From the NCBI GenBank assembly GCA_903831825.1, contig CAIKZE010000219.1, forward strand, positions 2,025 through 66,024: a stretch of DNA of 64,000 nt, read 5' to 3'. The position numbers were made by a program, and so were the translations under genes. Numbering within the stretch: position 1 is the stretch's first letter; every line of letters starts with the position of its first letter. This stretch comes from an uncultured Lentisphaeria bacterium (GTDB lineage: Bacteria > Verrucomicrobiota > Lentisphaeria > Victivallales > Victivallaceae). Positions 9,510 through 17,858 of the stretch are shown in pieces. A model generated the notes under the pieces. It saw nothing but the letters and a program-made list of their open reading frames with translations. It was not told where the DNA came from and searched no databases.

Positions 9510-10367
9510 TCAGAAGATAAAAAAACGGCAAAGAAAAGTCACACAGTGTGTGGCGAATTGCCGTTGTCTGTCTCCGGGAAAGTAAATCGTCACATGCTGT
9601 GTGACGAATCCACGCCGTCGTTTCATCAGGATTTAGGCTGGTCTCATTACCGCACTCTGATGCGGGTCGAAAAGCCGGAAGCCAGGACTTTCTACGAACA
9701 GGAGACCGCACAGGCACATTGGAGCGTTCGCGAATTGGAACGGCAGATAGGCTCACTCTACTATGAGAGATTGCTCATGAGCAAAGAGAAGAAGGAAATG
9801 CTTTGCGAGAATCGCCATACCGTCGGACTTCATCCGCTGGATGTCATCAAGGACCCGTATGTGCTGGAATTCCTGAATCTCCCGGAAGACCATCGCTTGA
9901 ATGAAACGGATCTGGAAGACCGGCTTATTGAAAACCTGCAATCCTTCCTCCTGGAACTGGGCCACGGGTTCGCATTCATCGGACGCCAACAGCGTCTTAC
10001 GCTGGACGGAGACCATTTCTATGCTGATCTTGTATTCTATCATGTCCGGCTGAAATGCTATATCGTCATTGATCTTAAAACGCAGAAGCTGGCTCATGCC
10101 GACCTTGGCCAGATGCAGCTCTATGTCGGTTTCTACGACGAGAATGTTAAGGGAAAGGATGATAACCCCACGCTGGGGCTGATACTCTGCACTGACAAGA
10201 ACGATGCGGTAATCCGGTATGTGCTGGGGAAAGGGCAGGACAAGATATTCGCCAGCCGCTACCGGCTTGAACTGCCGTCAGAGGCAGAACTGGCCGCTGA
10301 AATGCGCCGCGAAATGAAGTTGCTTGGCATGGATGATGCAAAACAAGCGGGGGCTAAAAAGAAATGA
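9453..10367 (+). CDS. DUF1016/YhcG-like PD-(D/E)XK nuclease, 5'-truncated
   Basis: Homology to YhcG-type proteins starts only at LGWSHYRTLM. The C-terminal nuclease core is intact (GFAFIGRQQRL, YADLVFYH, IVIDLK, QMQLY). The first ~50 codons of the ORF are read from repeat DNA. An internal Met at 9594 would give 257 aa, against about 340 aa for typical full-length members as I recall them. Confidence 0.6.
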   Translation: MVFRLSCGWLADGECILNFSEDKKTAKKSHTVCGELPLSVSGKVNRHMLCDESTPSFHQDLGWSHYRTLMRVEKPEARTFYEQETAQAHWSVRELERQIGSLYYERLLMSKEKKEMLCENRHTVGLHPLDVIKDPYVLEFLNLPEDHRLNETDLEDRLIENLQSFLLELGHGFAFIGRQQRLTLDGDHFYADLVFYHVRLKCYIVIDLKTQKLAHADLGQMQLYVGFYDENVKGKDDNPTLGLILCTDKNDAVIRYVLGKGQDKIFASRYRLELPSEAELAAEMRREMKLLGMDDAKQAGAKKK

Positions 10368-10440
10368 AACTTCATTTTGAATCCAGCCTTGATTACCAGT
10401 CACTATTCACCAGTCACTATTTACCAATTGTCTCTACACA

Positions 10441-10588
10441 TATAGTAAATTTGTCAACGCAGGCAGTGAAATAGAGCTAAAATAACGCGAAAAATGCGGT
10501 TTTAAAAGTTGCAGTTCAATGGCATGAAAAATGGTATTCCCGGCTTTCTTGCGGATGGCTTGCCGGCGGAGAATGCATCCTTAATTTT
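10441..10588 (+). repeat. 147-bp direct repeat, copy B
   Basis: See copy A. Preceded by the 14-mer cagtcactattcac x2 and the junction aattgtctctacaca. Confidence 0.9.
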
Positions 10589-10812
10589 AACGCAAAGGCG
10601 CGAAGAAGAACAATAAAGAGAAAAAACCTTTTCAAAAAGGCATAAAAAAACGCATTTTATAATGAATATATGCACAACAAGTAATTTTTTTGCTGCTTGA
10701 CAGTCATAGACATGTTGACCTCATCGGGCTGTCCACTTTTTCCGGCCAGATATCTCCGGGTTTCTTTTTTTATGAAAAAAGTTTGAGATTTTTTGCTTTT
10801 TGCTTTGATTTA

Positions 10813-10831
10813 TGTAACTCTTGGGGTTACA
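10813..10831 (+). promoter_or_regulatory. Palindrome TGTAAC-N7-GTTACA in the higBA promoter region (candidate HigA operator)
   Basis: Perfect 6-bp inverted arms, 45 nt upstream of the higB ATG. Flanked by TTGATT (10805-10810) and TATAAT (10835-10840). Confidence 0.35.
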
Positions 10832-10875
10832 GTATATAATATAAATGAGATTTAGTTTTCAGTCAAGGGTTGGCA

Positions 10876-11154
10876 ATGATAAAAAGTTTTAAGCATAAGG
10901 GTTTAAAGCGGTATTGGGAACAGAATGACTGGCGCGGAATTCAGCATCAACATGCGCATAAGTTAAGATTAATTCTTGATTTGCTGAACGCAGCGACAAT
11001 TATTGATGATGTTGATTTTTCCGGTTCACGGTTGCATCCGCTGGAACCCAAAAAAGATAATATATGGTCGATAACAGTATCCGGAAATTGGCGGGTAGTG
11101 TTTAAATTTGAGAATAACAATGTTTATATTGTTGATTATAAAGACTATCATTAA
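10876..11154 (+). CDS. higB: HigB-type toxin (RelE/ParE superfamily, plasmid maintenance system killer)
   Basis: 92 aa from the ATG at 10876 (MIKSFKHKGLKRYWE...WRVVFKFENNNVYIVDYKDYH), a typical HigB sequence. The toxin precedes the antitoxin, as in higBA. Confidence 0.85.
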   Translation: MIKSFKHKGLKRYWEQNDWRGIQHQHAHKLRLILDLLNAATIIDDVDFSGSRLHPLEPKKDNIWSITVSGNWRVVFKFENNNVYIVDYKDYH

Positions 11155-11169
11155 GCATAATTTAACGGA

Positions 11170-11517
11170 ATGGAGAAAAACATGAATACGGAAAAAGAGA
11201 AGGTTTTAGACGCAACTATGCGCGCGGTCTGCCCGTCGCACCCCGGCGAAATATTAAAGGGATTGTATTTATCCGGTTCGTCAATCAGCATCAGCGAATT
11301 CGCCGAAACGATCGGTGTATCCCGCAAGGCAATTTCGGCGATAGTAAACTGTCACAAATCAGTAACTCCCGAAATGGCAATGCGTTTATCAAGAGCGACA
11401 AAGACAACTCCGCAGTTGTGGCTGAATCTTCAAGCCAACTATGATCTCTGGCATCTTGCGCATGAAAAGCAGGAAGTTTTTTCACAGATCAAACCGCTGG
11501 TTTTCGCAGTGGCATAA
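11170..11517 (+). CDS. higA: HigA-type antitoxin, XRE-family HTH
   Basis: 115-aa ORF with the HPGEILK motif and an HTH (ISEFAETIGVSRKAISAIVN). Starts 15 nt after higB. Confidence 0.85.
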   Translation: MEKNMNTEKEKVLDATMRAVCPSHPGEILKGLYLSGSSISISEFAETIGVSRKAISAIVNCHKSVTPEMAMRLSRATKTTPQLWLNLQANYDLWHLAHEKQEVFSQIKPLVFAVA

Positions 11518-11550
11518 GCGGGCAACTTGCAGGATAAGCAGATAAGCGTT

Positions 11551-11784
11551 TTACTTTTCAAAATGCTTAAGAAACAGCTCCTCAGCCTTTATCCTGCCTT
11601 CAGGCGAAACTACTATTGACTTTGTTTTTCCTTTGGGATCATGAATAAATCCTTTTTGGTAGAGGCGGTCCAGCGTATCCCAATCAAATCCTTTCCAGGC
11701 TCTGGTCATTGAATGTTCACTCCACATAACCAAATAGAGCAGAGCAAGTGTCATTTCATCAACTTTATCTTCGTTATATTTCAT
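11551..11784 (-). CDS. DUF6429-like small protein
   Basis: 77-aa ORF with LALLYLVMW...RAWKGFDWDTLDRLYQKGFI, which matches my recollection of the DUF6429 family. Convergent with higA. Confidence 0.5.
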   Translation of the reverse strand: MKYNEDKVDEMTLALLYLVMWSEHSMTRAWKGFDWDTLDRLYQKGFIHDPKGKTKSIVVSPEGRIKAEELFLKHFEK

Positions 11785-12038
11785 TCCAAAATCCTCCTGT
11801 TTTATAGGAATTTAAACTGCAAAGCAATGAAAATCAATTTATATCGTGGTCAAATTTTTTATATCGTGGTTAAACTTTGGCTGATGCGCTTAAAATCGGA
11901 TTTATGCTTTAAACCAAACTTGCCTGCTGACACATTTCCGGATTTTTGTTAAAATTTATATGCGCTGCATAGTTAGCATTGGCAAAATGATGATATAAGG
12001 ATGTATATTTGAATATAATAAAATCAGGATGTCAAAAT

Positions 12039-13235
12039 ATGAAAAAAATGAAAGTGTCATGCGTCGGCTGTTCCCTGGCCGATTTTGTTTATGCCAAGGT
12101 TAATTTTAACAGTGATGCGTTTAAAAAATATATGTCGCGGTCCGATGGTGACGGCGGCTTGAATCCGGGACATCTGGTTTTTACTGAAGGCCTGGAAGAA
12201 TTTGCCGGAAAACCGTTTGAGCAGATAAAAAACGAAATTACGGGCGGCGTCAAACCGGATGCATTCAATATCGGCGGCCCCGCGATAGTCGCCCTGATCA
12301 ATGCTTCGCAGTTGCTTTACGATCAAAATATTGAGTTCGATTTTTACGGCGCGCTCGGCCAGGACGATACCGCTGAAAAAATTCTCTCCATCCTGAAACA
12401 GACCCCCGTCAAGATGGACAATTATATCAAGGTTCCCGGATTTTCCCCGTTTACCGATGTCTTTTCCGATCCCGACTATCACGACGGCAAAGGCGAACGC
12501 TCCTTTGTCAACAATATCGGGTCCGCCTGGAAATATACTCCTGAAATGCTGGGCGAGCGTTTTTTTGACGCGGATATCGTCTTTTTCGGCGGCACGGCGC
12601 TGGTGCCGCTGATTCACGACCACTTGACCGCATTGTTGAAAAAGGGCAGAGAAAAAGGCTGCGTCAATATTGTCACCACGGTCTTCGATTTCAGAAATGA
12701 GAAGAAAAATGCCGGCGGAAAATGGCCGCTGGGCGAAAGCGATGAGTCTTACCGCCTGATAGATCTGCTCATTGTCGACTGGGAAGAAGCGATGAAACTA
12801 AGCGGGAAAAAAAATATCGACGATGCGGTAAAATTTTTCATCGAAAACGGCTTGCGTTCATTCATCATCACGCATGGCGCGGAAAACTTTTATGTCTGGT
12901 CTGACGGCTCGTTCTTCAAGAAACAGGAACTGACTGCGCTGCCGGTTTGCAAACTGGTCGGCGAACGCATAAAAAAGAATCCCGAACTCCGCGGCGACAC
13001 CACCGGCTGCGGCGATAATTTTGCCGGCGGGGTGCTGGCATCCGTGACCAAGCAGTTCTATGACGGCAAAGCAGGCAGCATGGATATTATTGAAGCCTGC
13101 TCATGGGGCTGCGCCTCCGGAGGTTTCGCCTGTTTTTATATCGGCGGCACCTACCTGGAAAAATTTCCCGGCGAGAAAAAAGGCAAAGTGTCTGAATTTC
13201 AACAGGCGTTCGCCAGTCAAATTGCCGGTAACTGA
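12039..13235 (+). CDS. PfkB-family carbohydrate kinase
   Basis: C-terminal PfkB signature DTTGCGDNFAGG. I prefer the ATG at 12039 (AGGA lies 10 nt upstream) over the TTG at 12009. Confidence 0.75.
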   Translation: MKKMKVSCVGCSLADFVYAKVNFNSDAFKKYMSRSDGDGGLNPGHLVFTEGLEEFAGKPFEQIKNEITGGVKPDAFNIGGPAIVALINASQLLYDQNIEFDFYGALGQDDTAEKILSILKQTPVKMDNYIKVPGFSPFTDVFSDPDYHDGKGERSFVNNIGSAWKYTPEMLGERFFDADIVFFGGTALVPLIHDHLTALLKKGREKGCVNIVTTVFDFRNEKKNAGGKWPLGESDESYRLIDLLIVDWEEAMKLSGKKNIDDAVKFFIENGLRSFIITHGAENFYVWSDGSFFKKQELTALPVCKLVGERIKKNPELRGDTTGCGDNFAGGVLASVTKQFYDGKAGSMDIIEACSWGCASGGFACFYIGGTYLEKFPGEKKGKVSEFQQAFASQIAGN

Positions 13236-13286
13236 ATTGCACAGGGACTTGTGTTTTAACAGGGATAGACAGGATGTTGAAAGAGA

Positions 13287-13396
13287 GTAGTCAGTAGTCA
13301 ACGGTATTACGACATGACAGTTTAACGGTATTACAGTCAAACCGTAAAACCGTGGAGCCGTTAAACCGGAAAAAGGATTTCTCTGTGTCTCTGTGG
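13287..13396. repeat. Low-complexity word-repeat patch of the same style as the arrays
   Basis: Contains gtagtca x2, acggtattac x2 (13301, 13325), aaccgtaaaaccg/ccgttaaaccg and tctctgtg x2. The reverse complement of the last resembles acagaggcacaaagacacaggg at 8002-8023. Confidence 0.4.
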
Positions 13397-13506
13397 TTAA
13401 TTGATTTAGCGATTTCCTGCCGGAAATGATTCCAGTCGTTTCATTTATGCGGTTGAAATTTCACGTTTCAGGAGGTTTATTATGAGGAAAAAAATTGGAG
13501 ATATAC

Positions 13507-14601
13507 ATGACGCCCGACGAACTGGCAATAATTGGTAAAGAAGCCCTGGCCCGGATAAAACATCTCGGAGTCTTTTTAAAAATAGAAGAAAAAGTTCAGC
13601 AGACCAGAGAGATTGAAGAAAAAATGCTTGCCCCCAACTTCTGGGACAAGCGCGAAGAAGCACAGCAGCTTATGGGGGCGCTCAGCATCTGCAAAAATGT
13701 GTGCAACCCTTACAACCGCCTGGCCAGACAGGTGGAGGATTTTGCGGTACAGTGCGAATTCGCCAAAGAAGACCCGGAAATGTGCGAGGAGGCTTCCGCC
13801 GCCTGGAAGAAACTTTCCGTGGAACTGGAACAGGTTGAACTCCTGAGCTTTCTGTCCGGCAAATTTGACGGCAACAATGCTTATTTTTCAATTCATGCCG
13901 GGGCCGGCGGAACTGAATCCTGCGACTGGGCCTCGATGCTCATGCGCATGTACCGGCGGTGGTTTGAACGCCGCGGCTGGAAAGACGAGATCATCGATAT
14001 TCAGCAGGGCGATGAAGCCGGCATCAAAAGCGTGACTTTGAGAGTTGAAGGCGAATTCGCTTACGGCTATTCCAGAGCGGAAAACGGCGTGCATCGGCTG
14101 GTGCGCATTTCGCCGTTTGACAGCAACGCCCGCCGTCATACCTCATTTGCTTCGGTTGACGTTTTTCCCGAAATCAGCGACGATGTCGATGTCGAAATTG
14201 ATGAAAAAGATTTGCGGGTGGACACTTACCGTTCCAGCGGCGCCGGCGGCCAGCACGTCAACACCACCGACAGCGCCATCCGCATTACGCATATCCCCAC
14301 CAATATTATAGTGGCGTGTCAGGCGGAGCGCTCACAGCATAAAAACCGCGCCACCGCCATGAAAATGCTGAAAGCGCGGCTGTATGAACGCCAGGAAGAG
14401 GAACGGCGCAAGGAAGCCGACCAGATTCGCGGGATAAAAACAGAAAACAGCTGGGGCAACCAGATCCGCTCGTATGTGCTGCATCCCTATCAGATGGTGA
14501 AAGATTTGCGAACCGATGTTGAAACCGGCAATACCGCGGCGGTGCTGGACGGCGATCTGGACCGTTTCGTCGAAGCCTGGCTGAAATCCACAACAAAATA
14601 A
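13507..14601 (+). CDS. prfB: Peptide chain release factor 2
   Basis: SPF tripeptide (RISPFDS) and GGQ (SGAGGQHVN). Collinear with E. coli RF2 as recalled from memory, including across the usual frameshift site. GGAG lies 7 nt before the ATG at 13507. The ATG at 13495 is an alternative start. Confidence 0.9.
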   Translation: MTPDELAIIGKEALARIKHLGVFLKIEEKVQQTREIEEKMLAPNFWDKREEAQQLMGALSICKNVCNPYNRLARQVEDFAVQCEFAKEDPEMCEEASAAWKKLSVELEQVELLSFLSGKFDGNNAYFSIHAGAGGTESCDWASMLMRMYRRWFERRGWKDEIIDIQQGDEAGIKSVTLRVEGEFAYGYSRAENGVHRLVRISPFDSNARRHTSFASVDVFPEISDDVDVEIDEKDLRVDTYRSSGAGGQHVNTTDSAIRITHIPTNIIVACQAERSQHKNRATAMKMLKARLYERQEEERRKEADQIRGIKTENSWGNQIRSYVLHPYQMVKDLRTDVETGNTAAVLDGDLDRFVEAWLKSTTK

Positions 14602-14603
14602 AT

Positions 14604-15599
14604 ATGGCAAATAACAAAAAAAACTTTTATGTCTGTGAACTGTCCGTAGAGCAGATTTCGCAATTGGAGTCCATTTTAAAGGAGCGCGGCTGGGCGTTCA
14701 AGGAAGTTCCATACGCTCACTGGCAGGCGGCGCTCGACAAAACCAATGTCACCGCCTATCTGAGCGGCAAGACTACGGTGCAGGGCAAAAATCTCGAGGA
14801 TTTGGTTTTGTACCTGATTGAACCTGAGATTTTGAAAACCGCCGGATTCGGTTATGAAGAGCTGCTGGGCGGCGCCGTTGACAGCGCCAAGGCGGAGCCC
14901 GAACCGGAGGAACCGTTTACCCCTCACGGCGGGATTGACGAAAGCGGCAAGGGCGATTTTTTCGGCCCGCTGGTTATCGCCGCCGTTTTTGCCGATGACG
15001 TTACTCAGAAACGATACCGTGAAATTGGCGTCCGCGATTCAAAAACCATCAAAAGCGGCAAAAAAATAAAAGAAATGGCGAACGCGATCAGAAACGCATC
15101 TGACGGCAAGTTTGTCGTGGTGACAATCGGCCCGGAATCTTACAACCGGCTGTACGATAAGATCGGCAACCTTAACCGGCTGCTCGCCTGGGGACATGCC
15201 AGAGCAATTGAAAATTTGCTGGAAAAAGCTCCGGAATGCCCGCGGATGCTGTCGGATAAATTCGGCTCTGAACACCTGATTCGCAACGCCCTGCTGAAAA
15301 ACGGACGCAATGTGAAACTTGAACAGCGCACCAAAGCTGAAAGCGATGTGGCGGTGGCGGCGGCGTCAATTCTGGCGCGGGACATGTTCCTGAGCCAAAT
15401 GGATAAATTAAGCGTCGCGCTGCATCTTGAATTGCCGCGCGGAGCAAGCACCGCCGTCGAAACGGTGGCCAGAGAGTTAGTTGCCAAGCACGGCGTTGGC
15501 GAGTTGGGAAAATTTGCAAAACTTCATTTTAAAACCCTGGAAAAAGTACTGCCGGGATACGTCAGGCCCGGCAAGGAGGCAATGCTGGAAAATGGCTAA
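14604..15599 (+). CDS. rnhC: Ribonuclease HIII
   Basis: 331-aa ORF with an N-terminal RNase HIII-specific domain and a catalytic GIDESGKGDFFGPLV segment. Starts 2 nt after prfB. Confidence 0.85.
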   Translation: MANNKKNFYVCELSVEQISQLESILKERGWAFKEVPYAHWQAALDKTNVTAYLSGKTTVQGKNLEDLVLYLIEPEILKTAGFGYEELLGGAVDSAKAEPEPEEPFTPHGGIDESGKGDFFGPLVIAAVFADDVTQKRYREIGVRDSKTIKSGKKIKEMANAIRNASDGKFVVVTIGPESYNRLYDKIGNLNRLLAWGHARAIENLLEKAPECPRMLSDKFGSEHLIRNALLKNGRNVKLEQRTKAESDVAVAAASILARDMFLSQMDKLSVALHLELPRGASTAVETVARELVAKHGVGELGKFAKLHFKTLEKVLPGYVRPGKEAMLENG

Positions 15600-16662
15600 A
15601 AGACAAGGCAAAATCAATCAGGAACATTTTATCAAGACGGCCGACGGCAGGGATGTCACTCTTTTCACGCTGGACAATGGCGAAGGCGGCACGGCCTCGA
15701 TCCTTGACTACGGCGGTACCGTCGTTTCGCTGAAAGTACCGGACCGGCAAGGAAAAGCGCGGGACGTGGCGCTGGGATTTAAAAAACGTGAAGATTATTT
15801 GCAGAATGAGCCGCACTTCGGCGGAATAATCGGACGTTATGCCAACCGGATCGCGAAAGGCCGTTTTGTACTGGAAGGCAAAACGTATAATATTCCAAAG
15901 GATCCGAAAGAAGATAACGGGCTGCATGGCGGCAAAACAGGTTTTGACAGAGTCATCTGGAAAGCAACGGCGATGGAAAACTCCCTGGGGCCGGCGCTGC
16001 GGCTCCAATATGTCAGCCAGGACGGCGAAGAAGGCTTCCCCGGCCAACTGACGGTGTCTGTGCTTTATACTCTGACCTGGGATAATTTTCTGCGGATTGA
16101 CTATACTGCGGAAACCGACCGTCCGACTGTCATCAATCTGACTAACCACAGCTATTTTAATCTGAACGGCGAGAACGGCGGTTTGATTGAAAACCATGAG
16201 TTGTGGATCGGCGCCGGGTTTTATACGCCGTCTAGAGATTGCTTAATGACCGGCGAAGTATTGTCGGTAAAGCGCACCCCCGCGCTGGATTTTACCGCTC
16301 CGGCGCTGATCAGCTCGAAAATTAAAGACCTGCCGGATGGCTATGACTTCAACTATGTGCTGAATCGCCGCATCAATCCGGAAAGAGAAGCCGCGGCATG
16401 GCTGTATTCGGCGGAATCCGGCATCATGATGGAAGTTTTTACTTCGGAACCCGGAATTCAGGTTTACTCCTCGGAATTTCTGGACGACGAAGGTGTTACT
16501 GCCGGTAAAAGCGGCAAAAAATATTCGAAAAGAGCGGCGCTTTGCCTGGAAACACAGCATTTTCCCGATTCTCCGAACCAGCCGCATTTTCCGTCAACCG
16601 AGCTTAAGCCCGGAGAAAAATATCATAGTTTTACGGTTTACCGTTTTTCCGTGATTTCCTGA
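15594..16662 (+). CDS. galM: Aldose 1-epimerase (galactose mutarotase)
   Basis: GLHGGKTGFDRVIWKA and ALCLETQHFPDSPN motifs. The ATG at 15594 overlaps the rnhC stop. The longer ORF from 15481 lies inside rnhC. Confidence 0.85.
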
Positions 16663-17423
16663 GGTTCGTTGTTTTTCTTCCGGTAATGGCCCGGAGCCAG
16701 ACCGGTTTCCCGCTTAAAACTGCGGGAAAACGTGTGCTGGTCGGGAAAATTTAACATCTCCGAGATCTGGATTAAACTCAAGTCGGAATATGCCAGCAGG
16801 CTGATGGCTTTATTGATAACCAGGCGGCGGGCGAACTTCATCGGGGTTGTTCCAAGTTCATGCTGAAAAACCCGGATAAAATGGTTTATCGACATCCCCG
16901 CGGCGGCGGCCAGCCTGTCCAGCGAAATATCGCCTGACGCAAGGTTTTTCCGGATGTAAAATACGGCTTCGTTCATCCTCGGATCAAGCGACTGGCTGAA
17001 CTTGCGCCCGGAACCGTCCCGCTCCTGCCGGTAGCGGAAAATAAGGATGTGCAGATAGTGTTTCTTGATTTCGGTTTCCACATTGTCGTCCGGAATGTCT
17101 CCCGTGAAAATCGCGTTGAAGACGTCCTTGTAATCCGCGACCTGGATTATGCCGGGTTTCAGGCCGTTGTACAGCGGGCTGTCGTCTTCAGGCATGAATT
17201 TGGCGGCATTGATCCTGGACGGGGTGAACGACTCAATGCTGTGCATGCATCCCGGCGGAATCATAATCGCGCGGGAATCGTCGATATAATCAATTTTACC
17301 TTCAAGGCAAACTTTCAATTTGGTTTCAGTGTCAAAATAATGGTCCAACTGCCAGTATTCGTGACGATGATAGCCCGTGGTATGCGGTGAAATTCTTGCC
17401 GTATGCAATACTAAAATTTTCAT
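16638..17423 (-). CDS. AraC-family transcriptional regulator
   Basis: 261-aa ORF with an N-terminal cupin-like sensor and a C-terminal double HTH (MSINHFIRVFQHELGTTP...FPDQHTFSRSFKRETG). Its 3' end overlaps galM by 25 nt, convergently. Confidence 0.85.
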   Translation of the reverse strand: MKILVLHTARISPHTTGYHRHEYWQLDHYFDTETKLKVCLEGKIDYIDDSRAIMIPPGCMHSIESFTPSRINAAKFMPEDDSPLYNGLKPGIIQVADYKDVFNAIFTGDIPDDNVETEIKKHYLHILIFRYRQERDGSGRKFSQSLDPRMNEAVFYIRKNLASGDISLDRLAAAAGMSINHFIRVFQHELGTTPMKFARRLVINKAISLLAYSDLSLIQISEMLNFPDQHTFSRSFKRETGLAPGHYRKKNNEPQEITEKR

Positions 17424-17482
17424 ATTAATGTTTCTTTCCCCGGCTTAATGACTGTATTCGTGTTTAGCGACCGGAAAATTTG

Positions 17483-17676
17483 AATATCCAATATCCAACA
17501 CGGAATATCTCGCACAAAGACGCAAAGGCACAAAGAAAAGTAAAACTTGCCATTGTTTTTCTCTCCGTGTCTTCGTGCGAGAAGATGTTCAGCTTTTTGT
17601 ATTCTGCCTTTCCTTCCTCAGTTGGATATTTCCCGCTTCGCGGGATCCCGCCTTGCGGGACGAGATATTGGATATT
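17483..17676. repeat. MITE-like element bounded by a 13-bp perfect inverted repeat
   Basis: AATATCCAATATC (17483-17495) pairs with GATATTGGATATT (17664-17676). The interior carries CACAAAGA-type 8-mers, two small GC hairpins (cccgc-ttc-gcggg, tcccgc-ctt-gcggga) and a segment resembling 9520-9585. Confidence 0.55.
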
Positions 17677-17805
17677 TGTTTTTTTACCCATAAATCCAGT
17701 GAAGACCCATATTCAATAACCTTTACGTAAACAATTTAACCCCTGAGAAGAGAAAATTTAAGCGTCCCGTCGCTTTTTCTTAAAATATAAATCGTGATTT
17801 TGCGG

Positions 17806-17834
17806 TTTGAAATCTGAATAACGGAACATATAAT
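17806..17834 (+). promoter_or_regulatory. Sigma70-like promoter TTTGAA-N17-TATAAT for the type-IV-filament operon
   Basis: Spacer counted by hand as 17 nt. The -10 lies 25 nt upstream of the GGAGGGGG RBS/ATG at 17859. Confidence 0.5.
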
Positions 17835-17858
17835 ATAGATATTGAAAACGGAGGGGGC

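Noticed and set aside
9363-11517. Integron-like cassette array (repeats separating TA and nuclease genes)
   Set aside because: No intI integrase or attI occurs in the window. The 147-bp repeat lacks the R''-L''/L'-R' inverted-repeat symmetry and GTTRRRY core of attC sites. It also lies upstream rather than downstream of the ORFs.
13481-13537. Short upstream ORF (ATG 13481, MRKKIGDIHDARRTGNNW-stop) as ORF0 of a frameshifted prfB
   Set aside because: It ends in TAA, not the usual TGA. It would need a -1 shift, not +1, to enter the RF2 frame. The RF2 frame is already continuous with its own GGAG-ATG start.
15481-15593. N-terminal extension of the galM ORF (and likewise 43955-44020 for cstA, 12009-12038 for the kinase, 31385-31393 for the pilin-like gene)
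   Set aside because: The extensions lie inside the preceding gene or lack an RBS. Internal ATGs with well-spaced GGAG/AGGA sequences give proteins that start where homology starts.
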